Part shown: positions 38,678 to 49,107 of the stretch, in pieces
Layout of the letters: each line of letters opens with the position of its first letter
Position numbering within the stretch: position 1 is the first letter of the stretch
Source: a virus
Taxonomy: Duplodnaviria; Caudoviricetes
IMG/VR virus record: IMGVR_UViG_3300026549_000071
Coordinates: 10,253 to 74,252 of that record
DNA: 64,000 bases
Reading direction: 5' to 3' (one strand)
Translations under genes and position numbers: made by a program
The notes under the pieces: generated by a model
What the model was told of the DNA's origin: nothing
What the model saw: the letters and a program-made list of their open reading frames with translations, nothing else
Databases searched by the model: none

Positions 38678-40612
38678 ATGCAGAATACGAAAACAGATGT
38701 CGTTGAAAAACGTATTACAGAACTTGCAGAAGAATATCCTTGCAATGTAATTACGAACGAAGTATTCCAAGAAAGAATCCGTGATATTTTTAATCTTCTG
38801 GCAAATATCGTAGGACGAACGGTTGGTCCTTACGGTGCCGCTACGATGATTGAAGAGATGGGTGCTTACCATATGACCAAGGATGGTTTTACGGTACTGA
38901 AGAACATTCACTTCGATAACCGTAAGGATAATACCATTCTCAATTTGATCCTCACGATTTCACATCAAATGGTGATGAAGGTTGGTGATGGATCTACAAC
39001 GGCGATTCTTGCTGCACATGAATTTTTGGATCTTCTTCGGAAGAATGATGTCCTGAAAGGAATTCGTCCGAAGGATATTCAGGATTATATAAAAGAGTAT
39101 GTGGATCTTCTCTGTGAAGAAATTCAAAAGAATGCGATTCAGATCACAGATGAGAACTACGTCGATGTAATGGAAAAGATCGCTCGTGTAGCAACGAATG
39201 ATAATGATGAATATACAGAGTTCATCAAAGAGATCTATGAGAAGTCTGGCCGTGATACGACGATCAGTAAACGTATGTCTCTGACCGATAAAGCGAAGTA
39301 TGAGATCATGGATGATATGTTTTATATCCGTGGTACATACATTGATAAGGTTTATTGTAATTCGGAAGGTGGAGCAAAGTGCAACATCGTTCATCCGAAT
39401 GTACTTCTCTTTAACTTCACTCTTGGGAATGAGCATTGGGATATGGTGAAGCTTGCTCTTTCCTATATGATGAAGAATAAACCCGGGGAACGTCTCGTTA
39501 TCATTGCTCCGAACTATGATCAGTATTTCATGGATAAGCTTCGTAGTGATGCACAGGATTTCATTACTGCTTATAATGAAGAGAATTCTGGTGGTGGAGC
39601 AATTCCGTTCCCGATGGTATTTGCGAGGAATCCTTATTATCATCCGGTAGAGCGTCCGATCTTTGAAGATCTTGCTCCTTTCCTGGGTACGAGAATTGTG
39701 AATCCGTTTGATGCAGAAGAGATTGGTAAACTCATTACAGAGTATTACAAAGTTGCTTCTACGTATCAGCAGGCAGTAGATTCTCAGAAGAAAGCCGATC
39801 AGATGTATCGGGAACAGATGAATGTTGCTGTTGCCAATGGAAAGAACCCGAATACGATTGAACGTGTTCATGTTACCATTCCTGACGACGATGGGCAGGG
39901 TCTTCGCAAAGAACTCGAAGAGAAGATGGGTAAATTCTTCGGTACTTGTGATGATATCTCCATTGGTAATGAGAACATTGAGTTCCATGGATTCTCTCAT
40001 ATCAATCAGTCTCTCGTTGATACTCACATCCTTGATGCAAAGGATCAGTATCAGAAAGAACTGGATGAGATTGAAAACCAGCGTTATATTACCAAGAACT
40101 ATATCAATGCAAAAGAACGTCTCGCACGTATTGCTTGTAAGTCAGCAATGATTTACGTCGGCGGTCATTCGGATCTGGAGAAGAAGATGAATGATGATTC
40201 TCTGGATGATGCCATTCGTGCTTGCCAGTCTGCATTGAACTATGGTTATAACCTTGGCAATAACATTGCAATTTTCCGTGCAATTGATACAGTTCAGCCG
40301 AAACTGACGACGGATATCATGAAATCAATTTCGGAGACGATGTGCCAAGCATTTGTGCATGTCATCAATACGGTTCATTGCAATAAGTTCGGTGATGATT
40401 TCCCTGCGGATAAAACGCAGTATATCATTGATGAATCGCTTCGTACGAATAAGTGTTTCGATCTGAATACAGAGAAATACACGAAAGATATCATTAACTC
40501 TTGCCGTACGGATATTGAAATTCTCAAAGGTGCAATTAGCATCGTTGGTACGATTCTCTCGGCAAATCAGTATATTGCTGCGGATATTCAGACGGGTAAG
40601 AATACAAAGTGA
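38678..40612 (+). CDS. groEL: GroEL-like phage chaperonin
   Basis: RTVGPYG, TKDGFTVLKNI, VGDGSTTA, YVGG..E...DD..DDAIRA..SAL..G motifs. Confidence 0.92.
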   Translation: MQNTKTDVVEKRITELAEEYPCNVITNEVFQERIRDIFNLLANIVGRTVGPYGAATMIEEMGAYHMTKDGFTVLKNIHFDNRKDNTILNLILTISHQMVMKVGDGSTTAILAAHEFLDLLRKNDVLKGIRPKDIQDYIKEYVDLLCEEIQKNAIQITDENYVDVMEKIARVATNDNDEYTEFIKEIYEKSGRDTTISKRMSLTDKAKYEIMDDMFYIRGTYIDKVYCNSEGGAKCNIVHPNVLLFNFTLGNEHWDMVKLALSYMMKNKPGERLVIIAPNYDQYFMDKLRSDAQDFITAYNEENSGGGAIPFPMVFARNPYYHPVERPIFEDLAPFLGTRIVNPFDAEEIGKLITEYYKVASTYQQAVDSQKKADQMYREQMNVAVANGKNPNTIERVHVTIPDDDGQGLRKELEEKMGKFFGTCDDISIGNENIEFHGFSHINQSLVDTHILDAKDQYQKELDEIENQRYITKNYINAKERLARIACKSAMIYVGGHSDLEKKMNDDSLDDAIRACQSALNYGYNLGNNIAIFRAIDTVQPKLTTDIMKSISETMCQAFVHVINTVHCNKFGDDFPADKTQYIIDESLRTNKCFDLNTEKYTKDIINSCRTDIEILKGAISIVGTILSANQYIAADIQTGKNTK

Positions 40613-40726
40613 GCATTGTTTAATTGAAAATAAAATTTTAGCTAACAGCATTATATCGGAAAATGAATGCAATTTTCCGATATAATGCATTTTTTGTTTT
40701 GAAATTTGGAAAGGTGGGATTTTTAT

Positions 40727-41575
40727 ATGCCATTCGTTCCACCCATCCTCGAAAATGTCGTTATGGATCCTAGTAAATTTGGTGGTCCAGCAACATTTCG
40801 TGGATTGGTACAAAGAAATCATTATGTGAAACGATATCAAGACTATCTGCGAAAGAATAAAACGATCGTAATGAATATCTATTACGATAAGGATGATCAG
40901 CAGGAAAAAGAAGTGTTCTATCACTTTCAGTTTCCTTCTGATGCAAATCCACAAGTGATTTATGATGTCGTTTTACGGTTTTATGCGCCGAACTCGGTTG
41001 TGCGCGAGGAAGAAACCTTGCGGAATTATAAGATTCAAATCTTCTCTAATTCACCGGGTTTTACGTTTCAATTTGCTTATGCATATAATAAGAGGAAACT
41101 TTTGATTGAAGATTTACGGAATAAATTTTCTCCGAATGTCTTAGAGAAAGAACCTCAAAAAACAAATCCAAACAACGCAATTGGATATGATTATACGGTA
41201 TTCTTTGCTTTGTATCATCTTCATATCAATCAAGATTACCTGAAGAAAGCAGTGATTGCTGCTTATGCTGGTGATATTGATAAATTTGAAATGGATGAGA
41301 TTCCTACCGCAGCTACGGTATATCAACGACGTTCTCAGAAGCAATTGATTGATTTTGATCGGATTAAAAAGAAGGCTGAAAGATTTGGTGATAAAGTACA
41401 GAAGAAGATTGAAAAAATCGTTACGCCATTTCTTCCAGGAACAAATCGATCAAATCATCAAAGAAAACATGGAGCATTGAATGGTAATGGGGGAACCAAA
41501 TCGAGAAAAGGTACAACTACTACCAAAGCTCAGAAAGCATCCAAAGCTGTAAGAAAGCATGGATATTTCAAATAG
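40727..41575 (+). CDS. Hypothetical protein with basic C-terminal tail, 282 aa
   Basis: AAAGGTGG RBS; AACA-N6-TA at 40644-40655. Confidence 0.8.
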   Translation: MPFVPPILENVVMDPSKFGGPATFRGLVQRNHYVKRYQDYLRKNKTIVMNIYYDKDDQQEKEVFYHFQFPSDANPQVIYDVVLRFYAPNSVVREEETLRNYKIQIFSNSPGFTFQFAYAYNKRKLLIEDLRNKFSPNVLEKEPQKTNPNNAIGYDYTVFFALYHLHINQDYLKKAVIAAYAGDIDKFEMDEIPTAATVYQRRSQKQLIDFDRIKKKAERFGDKVQKKIEKIVTPFLPGTNRSNHQRKHGALNGNGGTKSRKGTTTTKAQKASKAVRKHGYFK

Positions 41576-41643
41576 CGTTTGGCGTATATATTATATTTCC
41601 AAGGTAAAGAAGAGTTTCAAAAGAAGACGTTGGAGGTTATGAC

Positions 41644-43200
41644 ATGGAGGAGAAAAAATCCTTAGATTTGTTACCTGTCAAAGAAGGAGTGATTCCAGTT
41701 GATACTTGGATCGGGGATGAAAAAGATCAAGTTGTCACATATGCAGGAAAATCTGTGGTCATTCCTTTTGATAAATTAATTGATCAGTTGCACAGTGATG
41801 CATTGAATGTATTCTTTGTGAGCTATAAAGATAGCTATGTAAAGAAATTTGATCAGATTACGAAGTACATCAATTACTTCATTAAGTATTATGACGATGA
41901 TAACGAATTGATCATGAACTACTTGCATTGCAAGTACATGATTGATAGTCGGAAAACAAATCCAAGTCGTACAACGATGATTAAGTTCATCTATAAGTAT
42001 TTCGTTACAAAAACGATGTACGAAAAGGTGAAACGTTTTGTTGAAGATAACTATCGTATCGACTTGGCACAGAATAAAGAGCCTGGAAAGGATTATCAAG
42101 AATCCTTGGAGTTTACGAATAAACATGCAAAAATTCTCATGTTAATTTCGACATTCATAAAATTCTTGATTCCTTTGGTCATGCATTATGTAAGCATTGT
42201 CAAAGGAAAACCTGAGGTAAAGAAACTGATTCTCTATTATCGTCCACTCTTTGATTTGACCTATAAGGTCGAAGGAGTGAACCTTTATGCGAAACTGTTT
42301 CATAGTATTCAGGTGAAAGTAAACTTCAATGAGAATAATAACCCTGCCATCTGGGCAAAGTATGAAGCTACTTCGGTAGATCCTGTATCCTACGCAGAAG
42401 AGCTTCTGGATAAGAACTTGATTATTGATAACGTATTCAAATACGTTTTTGATAAATCCATTGTAGCATTTAACAGTGTAATTTTAAAGACACAGTTGGA
42501 ATATCGTTGCATTAAGAACTTCGGTTTGAATATGCAAGAAATCAGTACGGATCGTGATTCCGATGGCTTATCCTATATGGATAAACTGGAAATGGATAGT
42601 ATCAAGATTGATGAGAATAATATCCTGCTCAGTAAAGTCAATATCAAAAACACGATCAAACGGATCAAGAAGAAAACACATATTAAGATCTCCAAGGAAG
42701 AGATTGAGTTTTATAAGAAGAATATGAAAGTATCGAAGATCGGGAAGTCTTTGGTATTCTCATATTACTCAAAGATTTTCCATGGATTCCAAGATCTCAA
42801 TAGTATTACGTTAAAGAAATACATTGAGCTCATGATTCTTATGAAACGTCGCTTGGAGTGCAATGGGTATATTTATTTACCTCAGGTCATTTCAGCAAAT
42901 GTTCTTGGACGTGCAGTGAATCGTCTGAGCCATAATGCGAAACGTATTTCTCGTATTGAAGAAACTGCTACGTATCAGAATCTTCAGAGAAATAAGTATC
43001 CATCTTTAGTGGATGCCAATGAGAATAATCTTTTGGATAAGAAGAAGGCTAGGAATCTGATTTTGAGTCCTTTGATTACCATTGAGAATACAGCATTTGG
43101 TTTCGTCGATTACGATGAACCGAAGAAACTCAATAAGGTGATTCGTTTCGACTATGATATTCTTGCACAAGAGTTCATGGATTTCATTAACTCGATTTAA
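41644..43200 (+). CDS. Non-virion RNAP promoter-specificity (sigma-like) subunit, AR9 gp226 / phiKZ gp68 family
   Basis: By-eye similarity to recalled gp226 blocks: IPFDKL, KDSY...DQI, LEFT..H..ILM.IS..IK.LIP, KLF..I..KV, AIW, SIVAF..VILK, LAQEFMDFI; early promoter 41585-41594. Confidence 0.72.
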   Translation: MEEKKSLDLLPVKEGVIPVDTWIGDEKDQVVTYAGKSVVIPFDKLIDQLHSDALNVFFVSYKDSYVKKFDQITKYINYFIKYYDDDNELIMNYLHCKYMIDSRKTNPSRTTMIKFIYKYFVTKTMYEKVKRFVEDNYRIDLAQNKEPGKDYQESLEFTNKHAKILMLISTFIKFLIPLVMHYVSIVKGKPEVKKLILYYRPLFDLTYKVEGVNLYAKLFHSIQVKVNFNENNNPAIWAKYEATSVDPVSYAEELLDKNLIIDNVFKYVFDKSIVAFNSVILKTQLEYRCIKNFGLNMQEISTDRDSDGLSYMDKLEMDSIKIDENNILLSKVNIKNTIKRIKKKTHIKISKEEIEFYKKNMKVSKIGKSLVFSYYSKIFHGFQDLNSITLKKYIELMILMKRRLECNGYIYLPQVISANVLGRAVNRLSHNAKRISRIEETATYQNLQRNKYPSLVDANENNLLDKKKARNLILSPLITIENTAFGFVDYDEPKKLNKVIRFDYDILAQEFMDFINSI

Positions 43201-43307
43201 CAATTGACTTTGAAAATCTCTTTAGACTACAGAATATTAGTTTAAAGAGATTTTCATTTTTTGATTGGAATATATATTATTTTACTAAGAAAGGAAAGTG
43301 ATAAAAA

Positions 43308-43685
43308 TTGATCAGTGAATTAGAAAGAAATCTTGCTCGACTCTCGTTAATCGAAGAGAAGTTTGAATATACCGATGCAAAGTTAAAGAAGATGCGTCAT
43401 TTAAGTCAGAAATTAGTAAGTCGGGTGAGATACGTTATAAAGAATCTGGATATCCAACCGAAGATTTATCCAACGCCAAGAGGAAGTCTTCGGATACAAT
43501 ATGAACCAAAGGATGATTCATATTATGAAGCAGAACTTTTCAAAGATGGAAAAGTATCGGTTATGGTAATTCCAGAGAATAAAGATTATGAAAATGCTAT
43601 ATTCTATGATTTTACAGATAGACCAAAGAAGTTAATTGATTCTATGAATCAATTTGCAAGAGAGCGTGAAATTGATGGAGATTAA
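43308..43685 (+). CDS. Hypothetical early protein, 125 aa
   Basis: Early promoter 43271-43280; AAAGGAAAG RBS. Confidence 0.75.
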   Translation: MISELERNLARLSLIEEKFEYTDAKLKKMRHLSQKLVSRVRYVIKNLDIQPKIYPTPRGSLRIQYEPKDDSYYEAELFKDGKVSVMVIPENKDYENAIFYDFTDRPKKLIDSMNQFAREREIDGD

Positions 43686-44691
43686 ACCCATTATCGAAGC
43701 ATTACTCAATACACCATATGCAAAGGTCAATGATCCAGAGCATCTTTATGTAAGATGCCCGTTGTGTGGAGATTCCATGAAACATCAAGATGGAGCTCAT
43801 TGTGGAATTTGGATTCGTCCAGGACAACCATTGATTTACCATTGCTGGATTTGTGAAGAATCCGGGATTGTGAATACAAGTTTCATGGAAAGCCTTGGGA
43901 TTACAAATGGTTCAGTTTTAAATGATTTGAATCTCTTGAATCGAGCTGGTATGAAAGGTGCAAAGTTACAGAGTACCTTTCATATGAGAACGAAAGATTG
44001 GAATCCTAGTATTCCAGTGATTCAAGATACAAAAAATAATCAAGAGAAACTGGAATACATGAGAAGTCGTTTAGGAATTCCATTTACATATAAATCCTTG
44101 GAAGGATTACGTATCATCTTTTCATTGGATGATTTCTTGAAGTTGAATCATCTAAGGATTCATCCAAAATATCAGAAGTCAAGATTCTTCTTGAATCGAG
44201 ATTATGTAGGGTTTTTATCAACGACGAAGGATATGATTACTTTCCGTAATATACGGGATAGTAAATACCGGTATATCAAGTATCCAGTGTTTGAAAATAA
44301 TCCATTAGAGATGCAGAGTTATACGCTTCCATCTCAGGTGAATATGTTAGAACCAAGTGTAGATTTACACTTGGCAGAAGGAACCTTTGATATCTTAGGA
44401 GTATTCTTCCATATTCAACATGCGAACCTAAAGAATCAAATCTATAGTTCTGTATGTGGAAGTGCCTATAAAAAAACGATCCAATATTTCTTACGAAAAG
44501 GATTCTTAACCAATCTGAATATTCACATTTATTCGGATCGAGATAAAGATCTAGATTTCTATAGAAATATATATTATGATTATGCAGAATGGTTTCGTTC
44601 ATTTCATGTATATTACAATATGAAATCGAAGGATACTGGAGTAACCAAAGATGAAATTGAGGAGGTTGAATCCGTTTGGAACCACAACTGA
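43654..44691 (+). CDS. DNA primase (T4 gp61-like; Zn-binding plus Toprim), start probably 43675
   Basis: CPLCGDS...HC...YHCWICEE zinc domain; LAEGTFDILG and DRDKD Toprim motifs. Confidence 0.85.
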   Translation: MQESVKLMEIKPIIEALLNTPYAKVNDPEHLYVRCPLCGDSMKHQDGAHCGIWIRPGQPLIYHCWICEESGIVNTSFMESLGITNGSVLNDLNLLNRAGMKGAKLQSTFHMRTKDWNPSIPVIQDTKNNQEKLEYMRSRLGIPFTYKSLEGLRIIFSLDDFLKLNHLRIHPKYQKSRFFLNRDYVGFLSTTKDMITFRNIRDSKYRYIKYPVFENNPLEMQSYTLPSQVNMLEPSVDLHLAEGTFDILGVFFHIQHANLKNQIYSSVCGSAYKKTIQYFLRKGFLTNLNIHIYSDRDKDLDFYRNIYYDYAEWFRSFHVYYNMKSKDTGVTKDEIEEVESVWNHN

Positions 44692-45569
44692 AGAAATTGA
44701 TTAGCGACATTAAGCATCAAACAAGAGCTGCTTATGAATTGATCAATGGATGGATTAATCCAACCGTCAAGTGTAATAAGCTGACGTTTAAGAATCGAAC
44801 GATTAAAATCGTTTATGATGACGTAGATTCGTATAATGCATGTGTAGGGTTTGCAAAGACTACAAGTATCGTCATCAATGCAAATGATATTGCAGATATC
44901 TTTGTGAACTATCAGGATCAGATGACCGATGAAGATCGATTTGGATATCTGATTCTGAACGTAGCACATGAATTATCTCATCTGCAACAGAAAGGTGTGT
45001 ATCGTCATCATGGAAAGAATATCTATGATATTGAATGGAGTAACGAACTGAATGCAAGAGCATTTGTTGTTAAGAATAAACCAGCATTGGAACAAATGCT
45101 TCGGAAACCATTTGATATTAGTATGGCAGTTCAACTCTGCGCATATAATGATATTCATATGAAGGCAAAAGATAGTACATATCATGCAGTAAGAGATATA
45201 CGTGAGAAACTCTATGATGTAATGCATCTCTTCTATCTGGATTTGGAGAAGTTTGAGAAAACACAACCAAGTGATTATATGATTTACTTCAGAGTATTGA
45301 ATCCATTCAGGGATAAGAACTCCATGAAAGTATTCCAGTTGCATCCAGACCGAGGAATGGAAGTGAAGGCATTCTTGAAATTCTTGGATGAAGATATCAT
45401 GGATTTCTATAAATGGAATGTCGGTATTTCAAAAGAAGGAAAGCAATTGTATTATGATTTCATGCCAGAAGGAGCCTGTAAAGAAGGATGCATTATCACA
45501 ATCAGACCCATTTTTGATGAAGACGTTGTGCCTTTCCTTGGAGATGCATTGCTGTTAAAAGAAGATTAA
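44676..45569 (+). CDS. HExxH zinc-metallopeptidase-like protein
   Basis: LNVAHELSH followed by a downstream E (IEWSNE). Confidence 0.55.
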   Translation: MEPQLKKLISDIKHQTRAAYELINGWINPTVKCNKLTFKNRTIKIVYDDVDSYNACVGFAKTTSIVINANDIADIFVNYQDQMTDEDRFGYLILNVAHELSHLQQKGVYRHHGKNIYDIEWSNELNARAFVVKNKPALEQMLRKPFDISMAVQLCAYNDIHMKAKDSTYHAVRDIREKLYDVMHLFYLDLEKFEKTQPSDYMIYFRVLNPFRDKNSMKVFQLHPDRGMEVKAFLKFLDEDIMDFYKWNVGISKEGKQLYYDFMPEGACKEGCIITIRPIFDEDVVPFLGDALLLKED

Positions 45570-45680
45570 CGGAAAGAAATCCTGAGTTTATGATGGTCAG
45601 GATTTCTTTTTTTTCTCTCTTATACCCATTGACAACATTTTAATGCAATAAATACCCTTATAGAAAGGAGATTTTAACGA

Positions 45681-46727
45681 ATGGCTGTATTATTTTCAAG
45701 GCTTGTAGAGAATGAGACAAATCTCAAGCCTTCTGTACAAAGCCCATTGATTTATACAGAATCAGCTTGTTCCTTTGTAACGAAGCATTATCTGGATACC
45801 AATGATGAATATAATAATATTCTCTTGGAGAATATGCGTACGTGTTATTTTGGATCGAAAGCTGAGATCCCTGAAATCATTACGGAAGGTTTTACCGATG
45901 CCATCAGCAATATCATTGCTTGGTTTAAGAAATGGCTGGTAAAATTCAAAAACTTCATTGTGAAGTGCATCCATAAGTTGATTGCTCTCTTTAAGACCGT
46001 TGGAAAAATGGTGGATAAATTTGAGGAAAGCCCGAAATATTTTACACCGTTCACGGTAGAAATGTATGAGTATACGATTCCTGATGATAGTTTGGCAACG
46101 AATACCATTGATGAGTATTTCGATATGGTTTTGAACTATGCATTGGAAATTGCCCATTCTACGAATAATTCCGTTGGAGCAGTTCTTGCAGAAGCGCGGG
46201 AAGCTACTTGCAGCGCAAAGCTGTTGGATATGTATCGTGGAAAGACGATTAAACAGGATTCTATCCCTGCATCGGAATATAAGGATGCTGTAAAACGGTA
46301 TTTCCATAATGGTTCTGATTTGAAGAAGCAAATGGAAATCAATATGAATACGGCAACAACGATGTGCAAGAAGTTTAAGCAATTCCATCGTCTCTTGGAA
46401 TCTGTGAAGAAGAATCGAATTGAGCTGGAAAAGAACTGCAACCTCTCGATGGCATTTATTCAGATGGAAAAAGAGCATTTTGTTTCTGTGGAAGCAAAGA
46501 AACTTGCAAAGTCTGGTAATCATGATGCTAATGATGTTGCTCTTCTGACGAAAATTGATCAGGCCCTTACGATTTATTTTGATCACGTAAATCTGACGGT
46601 TCGTAATATTCATCTCATCTTTGATAAGTATTATTCCATTAAGATTGATACACTCAAAGATGCCTTGAAGGATTATGGAAAAACGATTGATAAAGTTTAC
46701 GTTCGTTCTAGGATGGAAGGGAGATGA
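45681..46727 (+). CDS. Probable internal head protein, 348 aa
   Basis: YTES / ITEG maturation-like sites followed by ISNIIAWFKKWLVKFKNFI amphipathic helix; GACA-N6-TA at 45631-45642. Confidence 0.55.
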   Translation: MAVLFSRLVENETNLKPSVQSPLIYTESACSFVTKHYLDTNDEYNNILLENMRTCYFGSKAEIPEIITEGFTDAISNIIAWFKKWLVKFKNFIVKCIHKLIALFKTVGKMVDKFEESPKYFTPFTVEMYEYTIPDDSLATNTIDEYFDMVLNYALEIAHSTNNSVGAVLAEAREATCSAKLLDMYRGKTIKQDSIPASEYKDAVKRYFHNGSDLKKQMEINMNTATTMCKKFKQFHRLLESVKKNRIELEKNCNLSMAFIQMEKEHFVSVEAKKLAKSGNHDANDVALLTKIDQALTIYFDHVNLTVRNIHLIFDKYYSIKIDTLKDALKDYGKTIDKVYVRSRMEGR

Positions 46728-48238
46728 ATGGAAACATGAGTCGTTTAACAGCAAATTTAGTTTGCGGAGATACCCATGTAGATACATCTCTCATGGAATC
46801 TATAGATGAAGCAATGCTTGCATTGAATGAAGAAGATTCTTATCGCGCATTGAATGATCTCTCAGTAGAATGTGAACTTCTGACAGAAGCATACCATGCT
46901 GGTACGATGGATATGGAGTATATGCTTTATTCCTTGGAAGATGTACAAATTGGTGCAAATAGCAATAAGATCGTTCAACGTCAAACTACTGGTATCATCT
47001 CTCGTATTCAAGCTTATATTGATAAGATTATCACTTGGCTGACTAATACGATTGATAATTTTATCAGTAATATCTCAAATACTCTTACGGATAATGAGAA
47101 CTTTATTCGTGAGAATAATGCTACCTTGCGTAATCTTCCACAGGAAGTTGTGGCTGATATTACGTTGCAAGTTATTCCGTATTGGAACTATGGAATTGAC
47201 CAGCTTTTGACCGCTGGTGTTCTTCCGTATGATGGAAAGATGCAGCGTGAAGTAGAACAGATGATTCAGAATCCTACTGGATTCTTTACACAGTTCAAGC
47301 AGACAGTAAAATCGTTTGAAGATATTGCTGCACGTTGGTATCCTCAGGTTATGAAATTCGACCGGAAAGATTGGAAACATGCAGTTCAGATGTTCTATCT
47401 GAATGGTAATGAACCGGCTACTCAGCAATTCCAAAATCAGGATGCACAACAAGCATTAATTCGTATGTGCGATTATATGACGAAATATCGTACATATGTA
47501 GAATATGCAAAGCGTTCGGATGATGCTGCAAAACGCTTGATGCAAAAGATTCGTAAAGAATTGGATCAGCTTCGGGAAAATCAGAATCGTCTGAATCAAC
47601 AAGCTCAGGATATCAAGAATTGGCAAGAAGAGAATAATGCTAAAAAAGGTGGCGGAGGAAAGAAATCTGCTGTTACAGCATCAGCATATTACTTCCCTCA
47701 GGATTATTACTCTGCTCTTGAAGGTAAAAGCCTGAAAGATACGGAATTTGCTACAATGCTTCCAACGTATGAGGCTGGCTTTGATGTCACCGATACAGCG
47801 GGAACTTCACAAGTTAATACGCCGCAGGTTCAAGATATTCAAAAACCAGAAGGTAAAAAAGGCAAAGTTAGAAAGGTTTTGAATAAGCAAGCGCAACAGA
47901 ATCAGCAACAGACGAAAGAGAACGATGCTTCTCTTCAGGCTGCTTCTACTGCGAATAAAGCAATTCAAATTCTTGCATATCTTGCTGGTCAGCGTCTGAG
48001 TATTGTAAAGCAGATAGCAGATCATTATCGTACGATTATGAATCAGACGATGGATGCTCTCCGTACGTATAATCAAAATACTGCTCAATCTCGTCAGAAT
48101 CAGCAGTATAATGATCAGCAACGTCAAAATCTTCAACGGAAACGTCAAGAAGAAATTGCTGAAATTAAGCATAATAAAGAGAAAGATATTGCAAGTCGAG
48201 GTCTTTTGGGAAGAATCAAAGGTCGCATGGGAAACTAA
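46724..48238 (+). CDS. Probable internal head protein, 504 aa
   Basis: LMES, LTEA, ALEG, TYEA sites; IISRIQAYIDKIITWL helix; Q/N-rich coiled coils. Confidence 0.55.
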   Translation: MNGNMSRLTANLVCGDTHVDTSLMESIDEAMLALNEEDSYRALNDLSVECELLTEAYHAGTMDMEYMLYSLEDVQIGANSNKIVQRQTTGIISRIQAYIDKIITWLTNTIDNFISNISNTLTDNENFIRENNATLRNLPQEVVADITLQVIPYWNYGIDQLLTAGVLPYDGKMQREVEQMIQNPTGFFTQFKQTVKSFEDIAARWYPQVMKFDRKDWKHAVQMFYLNGNEPATQQFQNQDAQQALIRMCDYMTKYRTYVEYAKRSDDAAKRLMQKIRKELDQLRENQNRLNQQAQDIKNWQEENNAKKGGGGKKSAVTASAYYFPQDYYSALEGKSLKDTEFATMLPTYEAGFDVTDTAGTSQVNTPQVQDIQKPEGKKGKVRKVLNKQAQQNQQQTKENDASLQAASTANKAIQILAYLAGQRLSIVKQIADHYRTIMNQTMDALRTYNQNTAQSRQNQQYNDQQRQNLQRKRQEEIAEIKHNKEKDIASRGLLGRIKGRMGN

Positions 48239-48454
48239 ACCTTATAAAGAAGGATATGAGAAATTCATTCTCATATCCTTCTTTTTTTACTTATGCTCTT
48301 CTTTATACTGCTTCATCTGAGCTTCACGCTTTGCATGTGTAACCGCAAGATCATCTTCCTGCGTAATCACATTGTACTTAGGAATATCCAGACCAACGAT
48401 ATTACCAAGTGCATCATACTCAATGTTTTTTTCTGCCATTGTTTTCAGACTCCT

Positions 48455-49084
48455 TTACTTATTGGTGGATCCAAATCCACCGGTTCTGGTAGCTGTAACA
48501 TCGTCATCATCCGTTACATAGTAACGTTGAATGATTCCTTGAGCATATGCTCTACCAGCTTCAATCTTGCAGCTACCATTAGTTCCTTCATTCTTAATAT
48601 TTATCATTATGTGACCTTCGTTAGAAATATTTCCATAATAGTCAGCATCAATGATAGATACAATGTTAGGTTCTCTCAATGAGTAATCTCTCCCAAGAGA
48701 GGATCTTGGATAGATGGATAAGAAGAATGGAATATCAACGGAGTGATTTCCACTATCATATCTCCGTGCAGGTTTCCATTTAATTCCAGTGGGGATTGTA
48801 ATGATTTCACCCGGATCAATTTTCAATGATACAGGCGCAAAGAAATCATATCCTGCACTAAATTTGGTTGCTCGTTGAGGAAGTTTGATATTCTCCCAAA
48901 TGGAATGTAATTCATCTTCGTTATACTTTTCAATCAGATGGAAGAAATTCTCTGTACGAGAATTATCTTGCTTCTTTGCAGCAGTTATCCAAGTCTCTAA
49001 AGATACTTTCTCAAATCTCATCGTAAAGAGATTTTTACTATCTTTTCTAGAATATTTCTCAAGTACATCATCGTAGTCGTACAT
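48455..49084 (-). CDS. dut: Trimeric dUTPase
   Basis: SAGYDF, IPTGIK, YPRSSLG, IIDADYY, AQGI, RTGGFGST motifs. Confidence 0.95.
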   Translation of the reverse strand: MYDYDDVLEKYSRKDSKNLFTMRFEKVSLETWITAAKKQDNSRTENFFHLIEKYNEDELHSIWENIKLPQRATKFSAGYDFFAPVSLKIDPGEIITIPTGIKWKPARRYDSGNHSVDIPFFLSIYPRSSLGRDYSLREPNIVSIIDADYYGNISNEGHIMINIKNEGTNGSCKIEAGRAYAQGIIQRYYVTDDDDVTATRTGGFGSTNK

Positions 49085-49107
49085 CTGTGTCCCTCCTAAG
49101 GTATTAC

